Position numbers and translations under genes: made by a program
From: Bacteroidales bacterium
GTDB taxonomy: Bacteria; Bacteroidota; Bacteroidia; Bacteroidales; UBA10428
NCBI GenBank assembly: GCA_035299085.1
Contig: DATGXG010000026.1
Location: forward strand, 10,568-74,567
Reading direction: 5' to 3'
DNA length: 64,000 nt
The notes under the pieces: model-generated
What the model saw: the letters and a program-made list of their open reading frames with translations, nothing else
What the model was told of the DNA's origin: nothing
The model's database searches: none
In this document: positions 52,180-60,989 of the stretch, in pieces
Numbering within the stretch: the first letter of the stretch is position 1
How the letters are laid out: every line of letters begins with the position of its first letter

Positions 52180-52791
52180 TTACTTTTCGTTTTGGGCGGC
52201 GTGCCGCGATTTAATGCCAAGATAACCTCCATGATGCCTTTTGGCATAATCGGCTGCTGTAAACCCGATCTTCTTCATCATGAGTACTACCAGTGCGTCG
52301 CCAATGACGGTCATCACAGTGGTTGAAGTGGTGGGTGTGAGGCCGAGAGGACAAACTTCGGCGGGGTGACCGGTGGATATGGTTACGTCGGCAAGATGTC
52401 CGAGTTCACTGTCGGCATTACCTGTGATGACAATAGTATGCATGTTGTAACCCAGCCTTTTCGCCAATTCATATAATTCAAGAATTTCAAGAGTTTTTCC
52501 TGAATTCGATACAAGCAAAAGGATATCATTCGGCTGAATTACGCCAAGGTCACCGTGTTGTGCATCGGCAGGGTGCAGAAAAATGGCCGGGGTTCCGGTA
52601 GCTGATAAGGTAGTGGCGATGTTAAGGGCAATCTGACCGGCTTTTCCCATACCGCTGGCCACTACTTTTCCACCCTTACCATGAACACTTTCAAAGATAA
52701 GATCACAGGCCTTTTCAAAATTTTCGGTGGCTGGGATATTAAGAACGGCTTTTGCCTCTGCTTCAAGAATCTTCTTTACTTCGCTGCTCAT
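52180..52791 (-). CDS. SIS-domain sugar-phosphate isomerase, KpsF/KdsD-like but lacking CBS domains (probable arabinose-5-phosphate isomerase)
   Basis: 203 aa from MSSEVKKILEAEA. GKVVASGMGKAGQIA, LLLVSNSGKT and C-terminal HHGGYLG (the HPGGxLG-like motif that follows the SIS domain in KpsF/KdsD). No CBS pair follows. Confidence 0.7.
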   Translation of the reverse strand: MSSEVKKILEAEAKAVLNIPATENFEKACDLIFESVHGKGGKVVASGMGKAGQIALNIATTLSATGTPAIFLHPADAQHGDLGVIQPNDILLLVSNSGKTLEILELYELAKRLGYNMHTIVITGNADSELGHLADVTISTGHPAEVCPLGLTPTTSTTVMTVIGDALVVLMMKKIGFTAADYAKRHHGGYLGIKSRHAAQNEK

Positions 52792-52809
52792 TGTAGAAAT
52801 TTGAAGGGA

Positions 52810-52817
52810 CAAATATA
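52810..52817 (-). promoter_or_regulatory. Candidate -7 box (TATATTTG on the minus strand) upstream of the SIS gene
   Basis: Exact TAnnTTTG match 19 nt upstream of the ATG at 52791. It overlaps the TTG start used by the ORF track. Confidence 0.3.
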
Positions 52818-52827
52818 GTAAAAGCGC

Positions 52828-53080
52828 ACGTCATTGCGAGTAAGAACACCTTTTTAAAGATCACCCGGTGAAATGACAACATATTTACACAGAGGTTCAC
52901 AGAGGCACCACAGAGGTTCACAGAGAAAAAATCTGTTTTCTCAGTGGTTCTCTGTGTCTTCTCAGTGGTTCTCTGTGTAATAATGGTGAGGAAAAACAAA
53001 TCGTCATTAGTAGGAGCATGACTGAAATATGGATTTAGTATTGCTTCGCCTCCGCAAGAACCCGTGGCTCGCAATGACGT
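52828..53080. repeat. Inverted-repeat-bounded element G (253 nt): termini ACGTCATTGCGAG / CTCGCAATGACGT enclosing CACAGAG / CTCTGTG arrays
   Basis: Seen directly. 13-nt perfect terminal inverted repeats at 52828..52840 and 53068..53080. Inside, 4 x CACAGAG (52888..52924) face 2 x CTCAGTGGTTCTCTGTG (52940..52977). ATTGCTTCGCC at 53040..53050 resembles a motif in element H. Confidence 0.75.
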
Positions 53081-53085
53081 TCCCA

Positions 53086-55092
53086 TTATGTTATGGTTCT
53101 GTGCAAATGATAATCCATCTTTTTCAGCAGAAGTTCTTTATGGATGGGTTTTGAAACATAATCATCACAACCCGCGGCGAGGCATTTGGCCTTATCTTCA
53201 GACATTGCGTAGGCTGTCTGTGCAATTATGGGCACTGTAATTTTTTGCTCGCGGATCTTTTTAGTTGCGTCAAGGCCGCTCATTATCGGAAGCCGGATAT
53301 CCATAATGATAATTCCCGGTTTATTATTTATCGCCTTTTCAACTGCTTCTTCTCCATTTATGGCACGGTCAATTTCCATACCTGTTGCTGAAAGAACTTC
53401 CTGCAGGAATGCATAGTTCATATCGTCATCTTCAACAACAAGTACAGTTTTACCTTCAAATTGCATAATATCTTCTTTATTTATAAAGTTATCTTTTTCC
53501 TTAACCTTGTTCCTGATATGTTTCCGAGGAATTGAGAAATTAAACCTGGATCCCTTGCCCGGTTCACTTTCAACCCGGATTGTGCCTCCCATCAGTTTCA
53601 GAAGTCCCCTGCAAATCGACAGGCCAAGGCCCGTTCCTCCATAAATCCTGGATCCGGATTGCTGAATCTGCCGGAAAGGTTTAAAAATCGTTTCAATCTG
53701 TGATTCCGGAATTCCGATGCCGGAATCCTCCACAAAAAATTCAATCATTCCATTCTTGTCCCCGGCATGGAAACCAAAACGGATATGACCTTCCTCAGTA
53801 AATTTCAGGGCATTGTTCAGCAGGTTCATTAAAATCTGTCGCAACCGGTTTTCATCGGTAGTTATAACGGTGTCGAAGAACTGCGGATTGTAATCTTTAT
53901 AAAGAAGGACCGAATTTTTCCCCATCCTTTCACATTCTTTCAGGTACATAATGTAAAGGTCTTCAATTACCCGGGCAATCCGGCAATCTCTTTCGTTCAG
54001 AAGCATCTGGCCCGCCTCAATTTTTGAAATGTCTACAAGGTCATCAATTATATGAAGAAGCTGGTCATTGCATTTATTAATGACTTCAACGTAACTGTTA
54101 AAAGTAGGGTTTTCAGGCACTTCTCGAGTAAGTAGTTCTGAGAAACCGATAATTCCGTTCATGGGAGTTCGAATCTCATGGGATAAATTGGCGAGAAAAG
54201 CCGATTTCAGTCTGTCACTCTCCTGGGCCTTTTCTTTGGCAGATCTCAGTTCGGATTCAATTTCTTTCTGAAATGTTATATCGCTGGCAATCCCCACAAC
54301 ACGACGGATTTCACCGGATGAAACCGGAACCGGGAAAAGCCGCACCCAAAGCCAATGCACAGTTCCCTTGACATCGGTGACACGTATTTGCCTGCTGACG
54401 GGATCAGAAGAACGGTAATCGGCTTTAATAAGATCATAATAAATATGAAGGTCATCCGTGTGGATGATATTGGCTACCTCCTCAATGTGGTTATAAAACC
54501 TGCCAATATCATATCCGAATTTATCTTCAAGGGCATTATTGATATACAAAAGTTTCCGGCCTTCAGTGAGCCAGAAAATGTCATCAATGTTTTCTGCCAG
54601 TTGCCTGAACCTTAATTCGCTTTCCCTGAGTTGGGCTCTTGCCCTTATGATTTCATCAATATCCCGGGTAACAGACAATATATAATCTTCACCATTTAAA
54701 GACAGGATGGAGGCTGACATTAAAGCTGTTTTTATGGTACCATTTTTCAGCATAAAACGGGCTTCGAGGTTAAAAACCTTCCCGTTTTCCTGAAGGGCTT
54801 TTACCAGTTTTTTCCGATCCTCCTGATCATACCAGATATTAATGTCTTTGGAAGTTTTGCCTTCAACATCCTTCCAGGTGTATCCCGTGATGTGCGTAAA
54901 CCCTTCGTTGATATCAATAAACAGCCCGTCAGAGAGGCGGTTGATATTTATTGAATCGGGGCTGATTTTAAATGCAACCCTGAATTTTTCCTCACTCTCC
55001 CGCAAAAGCTCATATGTTTTCTGAAGCTTTAAGTCCTGTTTATGCAGCAACTGATTAAGATCCTGCACAGATATTTCTTCTTGTTTAGGCAT
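53086..55092 (-). CDS. Hybrid sensor histidine kinase (PAS-PAS-HisKA-HATPase-REC), cytoplasmic
   Basis: 668 aa. Two PAS-like regions, H-box [21 protein letters not shown], HATPase ([25 protein letters not shown]), and a C-terminal receiver ([26 protein letters not shown]). Confidence 0.9.
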   Translation of the reverse strand: MPKQEEISVQDLNQLLHKQDLKLQKTYELLRESEEKFRVAFKISPDSININRLSDGLFIDINEGFTHITGYTWKDVEGKTSKDINIWYDQEDRKKLVKALQENGKVFNLEARFMLKNGTIKTALMSASILSLNGEDYILSVTRDIDEIIRARAQLRESELRFRQLAENIDDIFWLTEGRKLLYINNALEDKFGYDIGRFYNHIEEVANIIHTDDLHIYYDLIKADYRSSDPVSRQIRVTDVKGTVHWLWVRLFPVPVSSGEIRRVVGIASDITFQKEIESELRSAKEKAQESDRLKSAFLANLSHEIRTPMNGIIGFSELLTREVPENPTFNSYVEVINKCNDQLLHIIDDLVDISKIEAGQMLLNERDCRIARVIEDLYIMYLKECERMGKNSVLLYKDYNPQFFDTVITTDENRLRQILMNLLNNALKFTEEGHIRFGFHAGDKNGMIEFFVEDSGIGIPESQIETIFKPFRQIQQSGSRIYGGTGLGLSICRGLLKLMGGTIRVESEPGKGSRFNFSIPRKHIRNKVKEKDNFINKEDIMQFEGKTVLVVEDDDMNYAFLQEVLSATGMEIDRAINGEEAVEKAINNKPGIIIMDIRLPIMSGLDATKKIREQKITVPIIAQTAYAMSEDKAKCLAAGCDDYVSKPIHKELLLKKMDYHLHRTIT

Positions 55093-55220
55093 GTAAGGCT
55101 TAGGTAATATTTCGCGAAAAAGAAGCGGTTTAATGCAATAAATTTAACATATTAGGTAAATAAATAAACAAAATTTAACTTTTTTCATTTTCCGTCACCA
55201 AAAGATGAAATTAATTCAAA

Positions 55221-55333
55221 TGGGGTACAAAACTCAAAAACGATAAAAACTATAATTTATACCCCAATAAAAAAGGGGTGATAATTTAAATTATATAATA
55301 AATAATAAAATATATCCTCAAAATATTGGGGTA
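55221..55333. promoter_or_regulatory. Three copies of TGGGGTA (two direct, one inverted) in the AT-rich leader of the porin-glnB-amtB operon
   Basis: Seen directly. TGGGGTA at 55221..55227 and 55327..55333, and TACCCCA at 55260..55266. TATACCCCAATA (55258..55269) is the exact reverse complement of TATTGGGGTATA (55325..55336). Confidence 0.3.
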
Positions 55334-55348
55334 TATTAAATATTTAAT

Positions 55349-55356
55349 TATTTTTG
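55349..55356 (+). promoter_or_regulatory. Candidate -7 box TATTTTTG upstream of the porin-glnB-amtB operon
   Basis: Exact TAnnTTTG match 28 nt before the ATG at 55384. Confidence 0.3.
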
Positions 55357-55383
55357 TCCCAAGAAAAACCAAAAACAACAGTC

Positions 55384-56061
55384 ATGAAAAAAGTACTACA
55401 AACTTCAGGTCTCGTTTCCCTAGTTCTAATTGTCTTTGCTATGAATGTGCAGGGACAGGAAACGGAAAGCAAAGCCGCTTTTGATGTGAAAATGGATATC
55501 TACAGTAATTATATCTGGAGAGGGTCAAAATTGGGAACCGGACCATCTCTTCAGCCAAGCGTAACTTTTACTGCCGGTGGCCTCACTCTGGGCGTTTGGG
55601 GTGCTTTTGATGCAAGTGGATATACAGAGGCAGATCCTTATATTTCCTATGCATTTCCTTTTGGTTTAAGTCTGGGTGTAACGGATTATTATTATCCCTC
55701 ATTAAAATTATCTGATTTTTCTGATTCTACTGGAAGTCATGCAATAGAGTTGAATGCCGGATTTACCACAGGTGGTTTATCACTTAGTGCCAATTACATT
55801 GTAAATGAAGCCGGAGGTGCGGCTTCGAAGGGCCAGGATATGTATTTCCAGGCAGGATATGCGTTTAAAAACTTTTCAGTCAGTGTGGGTGCCGGAGACG
55901 GTTGGCATACTACAAATGGGGATTTCAACGTATGCCATATCGGTATCGGCACTTCAAAAGAAATTAAAATCACCGATACCTTCAGTATACCGGTAAGCGG
56001 GCAGGTCATTGTGAATCCTGAGAAAGAAGCACTATATGTTGTCGTAGGGCTGTCACTTTGA
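55384..56061 (+). CDS. Small outer-membrane beta-barrel (TorF-like putative porin) preceding glnB-amtB
   Basis: 225 aa from MKKVLQTSGLVSLVLIVFAMNVQGQ (signal peptide). SNYIWRGSKLG...PSLQPSVTF and alternating beta-strands. The family name is from memory of similar genes upstream of amt operons. Confidence 0.5.
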   Translation: MKKVLQTSGLVSLVLIVFAMNVQGQETESKAAFDVKMDIYSNYIWRGSKLGTGPSLQPSVTFTAGGLTLGVWGAFDASGYTEADPYISYAFPFGLSLGVTDYYYPSLKLSDFSDSTGSHAIELNAGFTTGGLSLSANYIVNEAGGAASKGQDMYFQAGYAFKNFSVSVGAGDGWHTTNGDFNVCHIGIGTSKEIKITDTFSIPVSGQVIVNPEKEALYVVVGLSL

Positions 56062-56085
56062 TAAATCATCAAAACACCAATATAT

Positions 56086-56451
56086 ATGAAAAAAATCGAG
56101 GCAATAATCAGAACATCTAAGTTCGAAGAAGTTAAAACCGAACTTAAAAAAATCGGTATTGATTTCTTTTCGTACTGGGATGCTTCCGGTGTGGGTAATG
56201 AGCTGACCCGTGGTCACCATACCTACCGCGGAACGGTTTATGATACACAGTATATTCCCAGGATTTTTATATCCTTAGTCCTTCGTGATGTGAATGTTCA
56301 GAAAACGATCGATTGCATCCAGAAAGCTGCATTTACGGGTGAAGTTGGTGACGGCATGATTTTCAGTTACAATATTGAGGAATCTGTCAGAATCAGCAAC
56401 GGTGCCAGGGGTGAAGCATCCACTGCAGGACCGGGAGACTCATTACTTTAA
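56086..56451 (+). CDS. P-II family nitrogen regulatory protein (divergent)
   Basis: 121 aa. MKKIEAIIRTSKFEEVK, a T-loop-like TYRGTVY, and B-loop TGEVGDGMIF. Immediately upstream of amtB. Confidence 0.8.
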   Translation: MKKIEAIIRTSKFEEVKTELKKIGIDFFSYWDASGVGNELTRGHHTYRGTVYDTQYIPRIFISLVLRDVNVQKTIDCIQKAAFTGEVGDGMIFSYNIEESVRISNGARGEASTAGPGDSLL

Positions 56452-56475
56452 ATTCATAACGAAAAAATCATAGCC

Positions 56476-58023
56476 ATGAAAAAGAATTTGCTATTTCTAA
56501 TTATAGCGCTGGTACTGACATTAGGAGTTTCGGTGTTTACCAGCGCGCAGGAGCCTGTACCTGATCCTTCAGGCGTATCAACGGGAACCGCAAATGATGT
56601 ACCTGCAGCTACAGCAGGTAGTCCGACACTTGAAGAAGTGGCCGCTCAGGCCGGTCATAATAAGGTTGCCATCAATATGATGTGGGTCCTGATCACCGGT
56701 TTCCTTGTTATGTTTATGCAGGCAGGTTTTGCCATGGTTGAGGCTGGCCTTACCCGTGCAAAAAATGCTGCACATACGATGGCCATGAACTTCCTGATTT
56801 ATCCGTTAGGTATGATTGGATTCTTCCTAACCGGTTTTGCATTCATGTTCGGAGGGGTTGGAAGTCTTGGTACCCTTGGAGGGTTTGGAGGACTGAGTCA
56901 TGAGATTTCGATCCACCTGTTTGGAAAAACTTTTGATATAATCGGTTTTAAGGGTTTCGGGCTCGCCGGGGTATATGATGTGAGCGTGTTTGCCCTGTTC
57001 CTTTTCCAGATGGTGTTTATGGATACCACGGCCACAATACCTACCGGATCAATGGCTGAACGCTGGAAATACCTAGCATTTTTCATATACGGCATATTCG
57101 TTGGTTCTGTTATTTACCCGATATATGGAAACTGGGTATGGGGAGGTGGCTGGTTAGCCGACCTCGGTACAAATTTTGGACTCGGGCACGGACATGTTGA
57201 TTTTGCCGGCTCATCGGTTGTTCATATGACGGGTGGTGTGCTGGCCGTTGTGGGAGCAGCAATGATCGGGCCGCGTCTTGGAAAGTACAATAAAGACGGA
57301 TCAGCTAACGCTATCCCGGGTCATAACATCCCTATGGCTATTATCGGAACCTTTATCCTCGCATTCGGATGGTTCGGATTTAACCCGGGTTCAACGCTTG
57401 CAGGCGGCGATCTTAGAATTTCAGTTGTTGCCGTCAATACAATGATCGCCTCAGCAACAGGCGCAATTGCCTCTACTTTATACATGTGGATTTTCAAAAC
57501 CAAAAAGCCCGATCCCACCATGATGCTTAACGGTATGCTTGCCGGACTTGTGGCAATTACAGCACCATGCGGATTTGTTTCGGTAGGCAGTGCCGCACTA
57601 ATAGGGGTAATTTCAGGTGTGCTTGTTATTGAAGCCGCCTTCTTTATTGAAAGAAAACTTAAAATTGATGACCCTGTCGGTGCAATCGCCGTTCATGGTA
57701 TTAACGGTGCCTGGGGATGCCTTGCACTCGGTTTGTTTGCCGACGGAACATATGGTGATGGCTGGAATGGTGTTGCCGGCAAGGTTACCGGACTCTTTTA
57801 TGGTGACGGAGGTCAGTTTGTGGCTCAGCTGATCGGAGTAGCTACCAATATTATCTATGTAGGTGCAATTGGATGGGTAATGTTTAAACTTATTGATTTA
57901 ACAGTTGGCTTAAGGGTCGATCCCAAGATTGAGCTTGAAGGAGTTGATCTCGAAGAAATGGGTGTTGAAGGTTATTCGGGGGTTAAAATGGATAAAAATG
58001 TAGAAACACCACTTTCACGTTAG
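56476..58023 (+). CDS. amtB: Ammonium transporter (Amt family)
   Basis: 515 aa. Signal or TM N-terminus, QAGFAMVEAG, FAGSSVVHMTGG, and 11 or more TM helices. Confidence 0.92.
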   Translation: MKKNLLFLIIALVLTLGVSVFTSAQEPVPDPSGVSTGTANDVPAATAGSPTLEEVAAQAGHNKVAINMMWVLITGFLVMFMQAGFAMVEAGLTRAKNAAHTMAMNFLIYPLGMIGFFLTGFAFMFGGVGSLGTLGGFGGLSHEISIHLFGKTFDIIGFKGFGLAGVYDVSVFALFLFQMVFMDTTATIPTGSMAERWKYLAFFIYGIFVGSVIYPIYGNWVWGGGWLADLGTNFGLGHGHVDFAGSSVVHMTGGVLAVVGAAMIGPRLGKYNKDGSANAIPGHNIPMAIIGTFILAFGWFGFNPGSTLAGGDLRISVVAVNTMIASATGAIASTLYMWIFKTKKPDPTMMLNGMLAGLVAITAPCGFVSVGSAALIGVISGVLVIEAAFFIERKLKIDDPVGAIAVHGINGAWGCLALGLFADGTYGDGWNGVAGKVTGLFYGDGGQFVAQLIGVATNIIYVGAIGWVMFKLIDLTVGLRVDPKIELEGVDLEEMGVEGYSGVKMDKNVETPLSR

Positions 58024-58046
58024 GCCATATAAATAATCCTTTCATG

Positions 58047-58083
58047 AAAAATCCCCGGGAGATGGCCGGGGATTTTCTTTTTT
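58047..58083. terminator. Bidirectional rho-independent terminator
   Basis: AAAATCCCCGG-GAGATGG-CCGGGGATTTT. An 11-bp stem followed by CTTTTTTT, and preceded by an A-run that serves the opposite strand. Lies between convergent amtB and trpB2. Confidence 0.8.
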
Positions 58084-58101
58084 AACCGTGTAGGTAAAGC
58101 A

Positions 58102-59475
58102 TCAGGAAGGTTTCGGATAATTTTCCAGTTCCTTCAGGTTTCCGAATAATTCTGTATCCGACATTTCATGCTTCACCAGTTTACCTGTAAGGTATTTATC
58201 ATAACCAACAAGGTCCATTAAACCGTGACCGCTGAGATTGAACACAATTACCTTTTCTTTGCCTTCTTCTTTTGCTTTTTTAGCTTCCCTTATTGCACCT
58301 GCAATGGCATGAGTGGTTTCAGGTGCCGGAATTATGCCTTCGCTCCTTGTAAACAGGATACCGGCCTCATAACACTCAACCTGGTCAATGGCTACCGGGT
58401 TAATGAGCTTATCGTTCAGGGCTGCCGAAACAAGGGGACTCATACCATGGTAACGGAGTCCGCCCGCATGGATAGGCTCAGGGATGAAGTTATGTCCCAG
58501 CGTATACATAGGCAGCAACGGAGTCATTTTGGCTGTATCGCCGAAATCATAAAGGAAAGGCCCGCGGGTGAGGGTAGGGCATGAACTGGGCTCTACCGGG
58601 ATGATTTCAATCTGATCACCATGAAGCTTATCATAAATAAACGGAAATGATATACCTGCAAAATTACTTCCGCCGCCGGCACAGGCAATTACCACATCAG
58701 GTTTCTTTTCACCGAATTTGACAAGTTGTTTTTTCACTTCAAGACCAATGATAGTCTGGTGAAGCATTACATGATTCAATACGCTTCCCAGGCTATAGCG
58801 GGTCTGGCCGGTAGGATCCGTTACAGCAGCTTCAACGGCTTCACTTATTGCAATGCCAAGACTGCCGGGCGTGTCAGGATACTTCGCGAGAATATCGCGT
58901 CCTGCCTGGGTTTCCAGGCTGGGACTGGCAATGCAGGTTGCCCCGTAGGCATTCATAAGCAGTTTGCGGAAAGGTTTTTGGTCGAAACTGATGCGAACCA
59001 TGAAAACCTTGCATTCGAGACCTATTAAAGCACAGGCCTGCGAAAGGGCACTTCCCCATTGACCCGCGCCGGTTTCAGTTGTGAGCTTTTTAATTCCGAA
59101 TTGTTTGTTGTACCATGCCTGGGCAATGGCTGTGTTCAGTTTGTGACTTCCGGCAGGTGAAACGCTTTCGTTTTTATAATAGATCCTTGCCGGTGTTTTC
59201 AAAGCTGCTTCAAGCTCATATGCCCTGACAAGCGGTGTAGGCCTGTATAAAGCCAGCATATTGAGCACTTCTTCCGGGATATCAATCCACCGCTGCGTAC
59301 TTACTTCCTGCTCAATAAGATTCATAGGAAATACCGGCGCCAGCATATCGGGTGAAACCGGTTTTCCGTCAGGTCCCAGTGGCGGAAGCATTGGAGTGGG
59401 AAGATCGGGAGCCAGGTTATACCATTGAGTGGGCATTTCGGATGCCTCAAGGAATACTTTCTTAATTCGTGCCAT
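58102..59475 (-). CDS. TrpB2-type tryptophan synthase beta-like PLP enzyme (stand-alone)
   Basis: 457 aa (long TrpB2 form). PLP-lysine context [14 protein letters not shown], and GGGSNFAG. Confidence 0.85.
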   Translation of the reverse strand: MARIKKVFLEASEMPTQWYNLAPDLPTPMLPPLGPDGKPVSPDMLAPVFPMNLIEQEVSTQRWIDIPEEVLNMLALYRPTPLVRAYELEAALKTPARIYYKNESVSPAGSHKLNTAIAQAWYNKQFGIKKLTTETGAGQWGSALSQACALIGLECKVFMVRISFDQKPFRKLLMNAYGATCIASPSLETQAGRDILAKYPDTPGSLGIAISEAVEAAVTDPTGQTRYSLGSVLNHVMLHQTIIGLEVKKQLVKFGEKKPDVVIACAGGGSNFAGISFPFIYDKLHGDQIEIIPVEPSSCPTLTRGPFLYDFGDTAKMTPLLPMYTLGHNFIPEPIHAGGLRYHGMSPLVSAALNDKLINPVAIDQVECYEAGILFTRSEGIIPAPETTHAIAGAIREAKKAKEEGKEKVIVFNLSGHGLMDLVGYDKYLTGKLVKHEMSDTELFGNLKELENYPKPS

Positions 59476-59594
59476 GAGTTACTTGTTTATCGTTTAGAGT
59501 TTGACGTTGACGTCTGACTAAAATTTGAAAGGCACTAAATTAATGGTTTATCCCTAATTTACATAAAATTGCAGCGAAAGTTTATAAAGATTCT

Positions 59595-59812
59595 ACGTCA
59601 TTGCGAGGAGCTTGAATCACAATGATTATAGTACCAATTAATCGCGACGAAGCAATTTGCCCGCACTGGCAGAACTCTGCAAAAAGAAACAGGTGTAAAA
59701 TGTTACTTTGGAATCTGTGCTCTTTGAAGCGCCCTTCCTGTTCTGGTAGATTGCTTCGTCGACTTTTAATACTGCTATAATCAATTATAAATCAAGCTCC
59801 TCGCAATGACGT
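59595..59812. repeat. Inverted-repeat-bounded element H (218 nt): 21-nt perfect termini ACGTCATTGCGAGGAGCTTGA / TCAAGCTCCTCGCAATGACGT with nested internal inverted repeats
   Basis: Seen directly. Termini at 59595..59615 and 59792..59812. Nested pairs are TGATTATAG (left) and CTATAATCA (right), and CGACGAAGCAAT (59645..59656) with ATTGCTTCGTCG (59750..59761). It shares its first and last 13 nt with element G. Confidence 0.8.
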
Positions 59813-59817
59813 TTCCC

Positions 59818-60774
59818 TTAAATCGCCAAATGACTCAAATACCTTTCCGCCTCAATGGCTGCCTGGCAACCAGAACCTGCAGCGGTAACGGCCTGGCGAT
59901 ACACCTTGTCCTGTACATCCCCGCAGGCAAACACTCCTGGCACATATGTTTTTGGTGTACCCGGTATGGTTTTGATATAACCGGTTTCATCGGTTTCAAT
60001 ATACTGCTTGAATACTTCAGAATTGGGAGTATGACCAATGGCAAGGAAAAACCCGTCAATTTTTATTACTTCTTCCATTTCATCCACCTCTCCCTGGCGT
60101 TTTATGAGGACAACTTCCTGTACTACATCAGTGCCCCGTATTTCCTTTGTATTCCTTTCAAAAAGAACTTCAATATTCGGTGCGTTTTCAACCCGCATCT
60201 GCATGATTTTCGATGCTCTCAGAAAATTCTTCCTGACAATCAGATATACTTTCTTACACAAACCCGCCAGGTAAAGGGCTTCTTCGCATGCTGTATCACC
60301 TCCGCCTACGACGGCAACGTCCTTGCCCCTGTAGAAAAAACCGTCGCACGTGGCACATGCTGAAACACCCGATCCTTTATATTTATCCTCCGATTCAAGT
60401 CCCAGGTATTTTGCTGTGGCTCCCGTTGCAATGATTACCGTATCGGCTTCGAGCATGGTTTTATCATCAACGACAACTTTGTGCGGCGTTTTTGAAAAAT
60501 CAACAGCTGTCACAATGCCCCACCGGATGTCTGTACCAAAACGGGCGGCCTGTTCATCAAGGTCATCCATGAGTTTTGGACCTGTAATCCCTTTCGGATA
60601 TCCCGGAAAGTTTTCCACATCGGTTGTTGTTGTTAACTGTCCGCCCGGCTCAAGTCCCTTGTAAAGTACAGGATGCAAATTGGCCCGTGCTGCATAAATG
60701 GCAGCCGTGTAACCTGCCGGCCCCGATCCGACAATCAGGCATTTTACATGTTCAGAAGGTGTCAGGTTATTCAT
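59818..60774 (-). CDS. trxB: Thioredoxin-disulfide reductase
   Basis: 318 aa from MNNLTPSEHVKCLIVGSGPAGYTAAIYAARA. Redox-active CATCDG. The ORF-track N-terminal extension (to 60912) has no homology-like features. Confidence 0.9.
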   Translation of the reverse strand: MNNLTPSEHVKCLIVGSGPAGYTAAIYAARANLHPVLYKGLEPGGQLTTTTDVENFPGYPKGITGPKLMDDLDEQAARFGTDIRWGIVTAVDFSKTPHKVVVDDKTMLEADTVIIATGATAKYLGLESEDKYKGSGVSACATCDGFFYRGKDVAVVGGGDTACEEALYLAGLCKKVYLIVRKNFLRASKIMQMRVENAPNIEVLFERNTKEIRGTDVVQEVVLIKRQGEVDEMEEVIKIDGFFLAIGHTPNSEVFKQYIETDETGYIKTIPGTPKTYVPGVFACGDVQDKVYRQAVTAAGSGCQAAIEAERYLSHLAI

Positions 60775-60920
60775 TCCCGATGATGGCACCGGATCGGTGT
60801 GCAACGTTTTAAAAAAGCTCATGGAGATATCCTTATTATTATTTTTTGTTTTTACAGGGAAACAATAAATATACCAAAATCTTGTCTTCCAAAAAACATG
60901 ACAAAATTTCAAAACCGCTG

Positions 60921-60928
60921 CAAAAATA
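60921..60928 (-). promoter_or_regulatory. Candidate -7 box (TATTTTTG on the minus strand) upstream of trxB
   Basis: Exact TAnnTTTG match. It would give a leader of roughly 140 nt to the ATG at 60774. Confidence 0.2.
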
Positions 60929-60989
60929 AAACGGTGTTTTTAATTATATATCCTAACTTCGCAAAACAGGTGATAATTTTTCAATTTCA

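Noticed and set aside
52763-53086. 107-aa minus-strand ORF containing TQRTTEKTQRTTEKT
   Set aside because: It spans repeat element G, and its repeated peptide is a translation of the CACAGAG/CTCTGTG arrays. It also overlaps the SIS gene start and promoter.
54164-54180. tRNA T-arm-like string GGGAGTTCGAATCTCAT
   Set aside because: It lies inside the hybrid histidine kinase CDS. The flanking bases give only a 3-bp T-stem, and no acceptor or anticodon arms are discernible.
52828-59812. Elements G and H as Bacteroides-style invertible promoters (invertons)
   Set aside because: I did not adopt this as the main call. Both are IR-bounded and of the right size, but neither interior contains a TAnnTTTG box on either strand, and no recombinase gene is nearby. 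It is kept as an alternative to be tested with read orientations.
59818-60912. Long N-terminal extension of trxB (MKFCHVFWKTRFWYIYCFPVKTKNNNK...), and similar extensions on uvrB, efp, glyA, the SIS gene, the aldolase and cheY2
   Set aside because: The extensions have non-protein-like or unconserved sequence. Internal Met or GTG starts give canonical N-termini, and in several cases a TAnnTTTG box lies inside the extension.
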